DNA from: the human T2T-CHM13v2.0 reference genome, Homo sapiens
Assembly (NCBI RefSeq): GCF_009914755.1
Contig: NC_060948.1
DNA: 64,000 nt
Reading direction: 5' to 3' (one strand)
The number at the start of each line of letters is the position of its first letter. Position 1 is the first letter of the stretch. A model generated the notes under the pieces. The model saw only the letters and a list, made by a program, of their open reading frames with translations. It was not told the origin of the DNA and did not search any database. Made by a program: the position numbers and the translations under genes. Positions 63,508 to 64,000 of the stretch are shown here, piece after piece.

Positions 63508-64000
63508 AGGCCTGGAATAAAGTGGAATGCTACGTTCTCGAATGGAATAAAAATGTATGGAATGGAATGCAATGAAACGGAATCGAATGTCATAGAATGT
63601 AATGGAATACAAAAAAATGGAATCCAAAATCATTGACTGGAAAGGCTGGGTGTCGAAAGGAATTGACTCCAATGGAATGGAATCGAATGGAATGGAAGTG
63701 AATAGAATCGAACTAAATCGAATGGAATGGAATTGATAGGAACGGAATGGAAAGGAATGCAATGATTTGGCATGGAATGGAATCGAATGGCATCGAATGG
63801 AATGGAATGGAATGCAATGGAATGGAATGTATTAGAATGTAATGAACTTTAATGGAATGTACTCGAATGGATTCGACTGGAATGGAATGTTCTGGAAGTG
63901 AATGGACTCCAATGGAATGGATTCAAAAGGAATGGAATCGTACGGAATGGAATCTAATGGAATGGAATTAAATGGAAATGAATCAAATTGAATAGCACGG

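Larger units (their letters stand above)
40871..64000 (+). repeat. DYZ1: DYZ1 / HSat3 array: diverged (GGAAT)n pentamers in a ~3.55 kb higher-order unit, GGAAT on the + strand
   Basis: Continuous GGAAT/CGAAT/GGACT pentamers. The unique landmark AGGCCT (single HaeIII/StuI site, ~40 bp after a single GAATTC) occurs at 45733, 49282, 52836, 56385, 59939 and 63508, giving periods of 3549/3554/3549/3554/3569. This matches the ~3.56 kb DYZ1 unit, and the array abuts DYZ2. Confidence 0.95.

Noticed and set aside
40920-63762. Many ORFs up to 275 aa (MEWNG.../FHSIP... repeats) in DYZ1
   Set aside because: These are the direct translation of (GGAAT)n and (ATTCC)n, which lack stop codons. They are a well-known source of spurious proteins.

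Overview
This window is human (hominid) satellite heterochromatin of the Yq12 type and contains no supportable genes. Bases 1 to ~40,870 are a head-to-tail array of the ~2,420 bp DYZ2 (HSat1B) composite repeat. About 17 units are present, each with a degenerate minus-strand Alu, a ~570 bp moderately GC 'HSATI' segment and ~1.55 kb of extremely AT-rich sequence. At 40,870/40,871 the array switches abruptly to a (GGAAT)n-derived HSat3 array with a ~3.55 kb higher-order unit (DYZ1), which runs to the end of the window. All listed ORFs are artefacts of repeat translation. The two satellite families and their alternation on Yq12 are established knowledge. What merits a second look is fine structure. 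Structural observations: divergent, ancestral-looking edge units, a sharp junction, a 680 bp deletion in the first DYZ1 unit, and recent 1-unit, 2-unit and 7,103 bp duplications. Motif-level observations: three perfect heat-shock elements per DYZ1 unit, and a cluster of TCF/SOX HMG-box motifs including a SOXE-dimer palindrome in each DYZ2 unit. Function for these motifs is a hypothesis only. All comparisons were made by eye, so variant counts are approximate.
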